Positions 60,284 to 64,000 of a DNA stretch of 64,000 nt are shown one piece after another. Within the stretch, counting starts at the first letter, position 1. Every line of letters starts with the position of its first letter. A program made the translations under genes and the position numbers. Origin of the DNA: Candidatus Bathyarchaeia archaeon (lineage in GTDB: Archaea; Thermoproteota; CALKCG01; B24); NCBI GenBank assembly GCA_038870975.1, contig JAVZJD010000001.1:992001-1056000 (forward strand). Direction: 5' to 3'. The notes beneath the pieces are model-generated. The model had not been told where the DNA came from and did no database searches. It saw only the letters and a list, made by a program, of their open reading frames with translations.

Positions 60284-61203
60284 TGGATCCTGCTACTGAG
60301 TTAATATCTATGGTTGTAAGTGCAGGCACTCCTCTTCTACTTTCAGCTTTGGGAGAGATATATGCGGAGCGCTCTGGAGTATTAAATCTAGGCGTAGAGG
60401 GAATGATGGCGCTAGGAGCTGTATTCGCTTTCTACTCAACCTTATTGACGAAAGAACCACTCTTCGGATTAATAGTAGCAATCTTAGCGGGTCTAGCGCT
60501 TGCATCTATACATGCCTTCGTTTCCATATCCATCCGTTCAAATCAAATAGTATCCGGTTTAGCATTGTCAATGCTTGGAATAGGGTTAAGCTCTCTAATT
60601 GGGAAAAGCCTCATAGGTGTACCGTTAAAACAAACTATACGTAGATTTGAAGTACCCATTTTGAAGGATATACCGATTATTGGAGGGTTTTTCGTACAAG
60701 ACTACTTAACCTACGCCTCATACCTCATGGTCTTACTGCTATGGTTTATCCTTTTCAAGACTAAGATTGGAGTCTACATGAGAATGGTCGGTGAAAACCC
60801 TAGGGTCGCAGACACAATGGGAATAAACGTCTCAGTTGTCAGATACATTTGCACTCTCTTGGGAGGTGCTTTAGCAGGTCTAAGCGGAGCCTATTTAAGT
60901 ATATACTATACGCCAGCTTGGATTGAGGGTATGACTGCAGGACAGGGGTGGATAGCTCTAGCTCTCGTAATATTCTCAGCGTGGAATCCACTTTACGCAG
61001 TTGCAGGGTCGTATCTTTTCGGAGGAATTAGGGTCTTACAGTATAGGTTACAGCCATATGGCTTCTCCCCACCTCTACTTCAAACTCTGCCCTACATCTC
61101 CACGATAGTTGTTCTAGTAATATTCAGCAGTAGTCGATTAAGGAGGAGACTTGGAGCTCCCTCAGCCCTTGGTAAACCATACTATAGAGGTGAGAAAACA
61201 TAG
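60274..61203 (+). CDS. ABC transporter permease (nucleoside-type)
   Basis: ERSGVLNLGVEGMM, GENP..A, G.GWIALA and P.ALGKPY. Confidence 0.9.
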   Translation: MEIMDPATELISMVVSAGTPLLLSALGEIYAERSGVLNLGVEGMMALGAVFAFYSTLLTKEPLFGLIVAILAGLALASIHAFVSISIRSNQIVSGLALSMLGIGLSSLIGKSLIGVPLKQTIRRFEVPILKDIPIIGGFFVQDYLTYASYLMVLLLWFILFKTKIGVYMRMVGENPRVADTMGINVSVVRYICTLLGGALAGLSGAYLSIYYTPAWIEGMTAGQGWIALALVIFSAWNPLYAVAGSYLFGGIRVLQYRLQPYGFSPPLLQTLPYISTIVVLVIFSSSRLRRRLGAPSALGKPYYRGEKT

Positions 61204-61212
61204 CCTCTACTA

Positions 61213-62322
61213 TTACTCTTTAACGAGCCTCCTCCAAACTTCTGTACTTATTCTCACAAGCTTTTCAGATTCACCTCTCCCTATTGGAGTAATTCTTACA
61301 AACTTCGCTTTCACCCTAAGCTCATCGATGTTTCCAGCGCCTATGTAGCCGAAGCCCTGTTTAACGCCGTCTACTATTTCCATAAGAACATCTTTTAAGC
61401 TACCTTTATACTCTACAAGTGCTTCAACACCTTCGGCGGCATGTTTAGTTCTTCCACTATATCTGTCGGTTTTACATATGACTGTCTTAGAGCCCATCCC
61501 CCTGTATGGTTTAAAAAGACCTTTAATCCCAATGGCAGTCCCATCTATTATACTTCCAGGTGTTTCATCCGTACCGGCTATCAAGTAGCCCAGCATTACG
61601 GAGTCTGCTCCCAGAGCCAAAGCCTTAACAATATCGCCGCTATTCGTTATCCCTCCATCAGCTATAACGGGAATCCCTTTCTTCTTCGCCTCTAAAGATG
61701 TGAAGTATACGGCTGAAGCTTGAGGTGCTCCAACACCTGTTACAATCCTAGTTATACATATCGAACCGCTCCCCAAGCCAACCCTTAAGCCGTCTGCAAT
61801 ATCTACATAATCTTCTACGGCTCCTGCAGTTGCTATATTTCCAGCTATTAGATCGCATGATATCAGCTTTCTAATTCTACTGGCAAATTTTACTACTTTC
61901 TGATTCTGTCCATGAGCGCAGTCAATTAGAATAGCGTCTGCACCAGCCCTATCCAATGCTACTGCTCTTTCTTCGTCGAAGGGACCTATGGATGCCACTA
62001 CTCGCAACTGGCCGTAGTCGTCTACTGTAGATTCTTCTCCACCGTAAACCTTCTTAACTTTCTTAACCTCTTCAACCTCCCTCTCCAGGCTCATATTTCT
62101 ATGAATTGCCCCTATGGCGCCGAGTTTTGCCATTTCGATAGCCATACGGCTTTCGGTGACGTAGTCCATTGGGGAGCTTACTACTGGTATACTAACTTGG
62201 ATATTTCTCGTTACTTTAGATTTCAAGCAAACTTCATCAGGGTCTACGGTAGAGGGTCCTGGAAGTATTAAAAGTTCATCGTAGTTTATCCAATGTTCCA
62301 GATTATTGAGTTTGTCCTCCAT
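61213..62322 (-). CDS. guaB: Inosine-5'-monophosphate dehydrogenase lacking CBS domains
   Basis: SSPMD.VTE, IHRN, D.AHG, catalytic GSGSICITR, IADGGI, YRGMGS and flap DRY. Only 369 aa. Confidence 0.85.
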   Translation of the reverse strand: MEDKLNNLEHWINYDELLILPGPSTVDPDEVCLKSKVTRNIQVSIPVVSSPMDYVTESRMAIEMAKLGAIGAIHRNMSLEREVEEVKKVKKVYGGEESTVDDYGQLRVVASIGPFDEERAVALDRAGADAILIDCAHGQNQKVVKFASRIRKLISCDLIAGNIATAGAVEDYVDIADGLRVGLGSGSICITRIVTGVGAPQASAVYFTSLEAKKKGIPVIADGGITNSGDIVKALALGADSVMLGYLIAGTDETPGSIIDGTAIGIKGLFKPYRGMGSKTVICKTDRYSGRTKHAAEGVEALVEYKGSLKDVLMEIVDGVKQGFGYIGAGNIDELRVKAKFVRITPIGRGESEKLVRISTEVWRRLVKE

Positions 62323-62378
62323 TTAAGTATCGATGTAGTTTGTCTCTATAAATTCTTTTCGTTTAATTAATGGCTTAT

Positions 62379-63473
62379 CTAGGCGGTTCGTGTATATAAT
62401 CCGTGTTTTTCTCCGATTCTAAGCATGGCGAAGTAGTTTTCGACTCTAACATAATTAGCTATGGTGTTTCCAGACCCTAAAGCATAGCCTCCTCCTAGGG
62501 CACACTTTTTAAGTGTTTCAAGGGTATATTTTTCAACGTCTTCAACGTTAAACCTGGCAAGTTTATCAACGTCGATTCCGCCTAAAATTGCAATACGATC
62601 TCCATATTTTCTCTTTGCTTGTACTACTGGCGTCGATTCATCTTCATAGGAATGTTTAGCGTCTATACCTACGTAGTTTATGAGGTCTTCCATAATGCAT
62701 TCAAGGTTTCCACACGCGTGGAGTATGAAGGGAAGCCCCCTCCTATGCGCGGCTTCAACACACTTCTTCTGCCAAGGGAAAACATACTTCCTCATATGTT
62801 CAACTTTTATGAATGTTCCACGTTTATAGCCCATGTCATCACCCATGACGATGCCACCCACTTCCTCAAACTCTGCAAGGTATGCGTCCACTCTCTCGAT
62901 TATAGAGCCTACACTGTTGAACATCATCTCTATGAGTTTGGGCTCCATGTAAATCGCCTTGGCAAATGGTACCGTACCCATAAGCCACATTACATTTTCA
63001 AGAACCCCTCCTCCAGCTCCAGCGAGTATCTTCATGTCCTCAGGTATGGTCTTTCTTAACTCATTAAAAGTTTCAAGCCCTATTGGGAGGATCTCATGTC
63101 CTCTCTCAGGCCACGGGTACTCATAGTAGTCTTCAATTGTCTCTATTTCTCCCCTATGTTCATTCTGCCAGCTTCTGAAACCTCTAGAGTATTGAGCTGT
63201 ATCTTTAGCTGCCAATACGTTAGATCTTGGAAGATTCAGCGGTGCTGAAAATGGTACATAGTCGTAGCCGAGCTTTCTATAGAATTCTACGAGTCTTCTA
63301 CAGTACTCCTTCACGGTCTCCCTTTTAGAAGGGTCTATTCCAAATCGTACTCCTAATACGACTTCCATAACTTCCTGATCTACGAAGAGTTCGTAGAATG
63401 GTACTCTATCTGGCTCTTCCAACATTAGAGCTTTAAGTAGTCTTTCAAAATTGGGCTTACGCATATACGTCAC
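62379..63473 (-). CDS. Uroporphyrinogen decarboxylase/MtaA-fold protein (paralogue 6)
   Basis: PNFERL...EPDRVP, GDDMG, LHACGN, DAKHSYED, LGGIDVD and GGGYALGSGN. Confidence 0.87.
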   Translation of the reverse strand: MTYMRKPNFERLLKALMLEEPDRVPFYELFVDQEVMEVVLGVRFGIDPSKRETVKEYCRRLVEFYRKLGYDYVPFSAPLNLPRSNVLAAKDTAQYSRGFRSWQNEHRGEIETIEDYYEYPWPERGHEILPIGLETFNELRKTIPEDMKILAGAGGGVLENVMWLMGTVPFAKAIYMEPKLIEMMFNSVGSIIERVDAYLAEFEEVGGIVMGDDMGYKRGTFIKVEHMRKYVFPWQKKCVEAAHRRGLPFILHACGNLECIMEDLINYVGIDAKHSYEDESTPVVQAKRKYGDRIAILGGIDVDKLARFNVEDVEKYTLETLKKCALGGGYALGSGNTIANYVRVENYFAMLRIGEKHGLYTRTA

Positions 63474-63520
63474 ATCTTAGGCTAAAGTCTGTTCTCCTTA
63501 TAAGTGTAACATTTACAACG

Positions 63521-63982
63521 TCATTCCTCTCCGACGTAGTATATCGATTTAACCTCTATGATTCTAGAAGTTAAAACTCCTCTTACAACTATCACAGCGT
63601 CTACAGAATACGTGTATATGGCTTCGGGTTTTTCAGGTGTTGTAAAAGTGAAGAAGATTGTAGCTTCTAAAGTCTCTGAGCTGTGTGGTTTAACAACCCG
63701 CCTTTCAACTGGATAGATTATGTCTTTCTTTAAGCCGCTCATAAGAGTACAGTGTAAAACCAATACGCCTTCAACTGTAACATCCAATAGAGCGTAATTC
63801 CTTATTTCAATCGCTACAGTCAATTTGAAATACTCTGGTATACGCTGGTCTATTGAGTGGTAGACGTTTATTACTTCCACCAGGTATGGAGTAGCTAGTA
63901 TATAGCCTGATGCAACTAGTATCAGCACAATGCAGAACAAGTTTTTCCAAGTATGGAGGATAGTCTTAGAGATTGAGGTCAA
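63521..63982 (-). CDS. Hypothetical membrane-anchored protein (LEA_2-like beta sandwich possible)
   Basis: N-terminal TM helix followed by alternating beta-strand pattern (L.V.IEIRN...V.P.S...L). Confidence 0.5.
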   Translation of the reverse strand: MTSISKTILHTWKNLFCIVLILVASGYILATPYLVEVINVYHSIDQRIPEYFKLTVAIEIRNYALLDVTVEGVLVLHCTLMSGLKKDIIYPVERRVVKPHSSETLEATIFFTFTTPEKPEAIYTYSVDAVIVVRGVLTSRIIEVKSIYYVGEE

Positions 63983-64000
63983 GCCCCAGTATGTTATTTA

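Noticed and set aside
1175-63059. Numerous short antisense or overlapping ORFs in the track (e.g. 21237-21668, 28222-28626, 62619-63059)
   Set aside because: They are shadows of well-supported genes on the opposite strand or frame, with no motifs or expression signals.

Overview
Chromosomal segment of an archaeon, probably an anaerobic heterotroph of the TACK group. The gene content resembles Bathyarchaeia or Brockarchaeota, but the lineage is an inference. Housekeeping and energy genes: a group 3b [NiFe] sulfhydrogenase operon (5'-truncated), rpoE'/spt4, an intron-containing tRNA-Ser(CGA), a Trm5-like methyltransferase, porGDAB, a thermosome subunit, a NusA-like KH protein, a nucleoside-type ABC transporter and a CBS-less IMP dehydrogenase. 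The most striking feature is a repeated accessory toolkit: three paralogous ~670-aa polytopic membrane proteins (DUF6785/OPT-like) with four positionally conserved loop cysteines, six UroD/MtaA-fold paralogues with remodelled metal sites, two pyrrolysine-free MttB-family methyltransferases, two GH4 glycosidases with non-canonical Cys motifs, a GH38 mannosidase, a PA14 membrane protein, a DUF2099 protein and sugar isomerase/dehydrogenase genes. The densest instance (43.1-53.3 kb) looks like an uncharacterised import, deglycosylation and demethylation system. Elements missing from the ORF track include a tandem pair of C/D-box sRNAs (one guide complementary to the 16S rRNA 5' end), a 41-aa Cys4 microprotein, a 13-bp inverted repeat before cstA, an exact 96-nt intragenic tandem repeat and a frameshifted DUF11-like remnant. 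No CRISPR array, rRNA or transposase was seen. All family calls come from motif recognition, not database searches.
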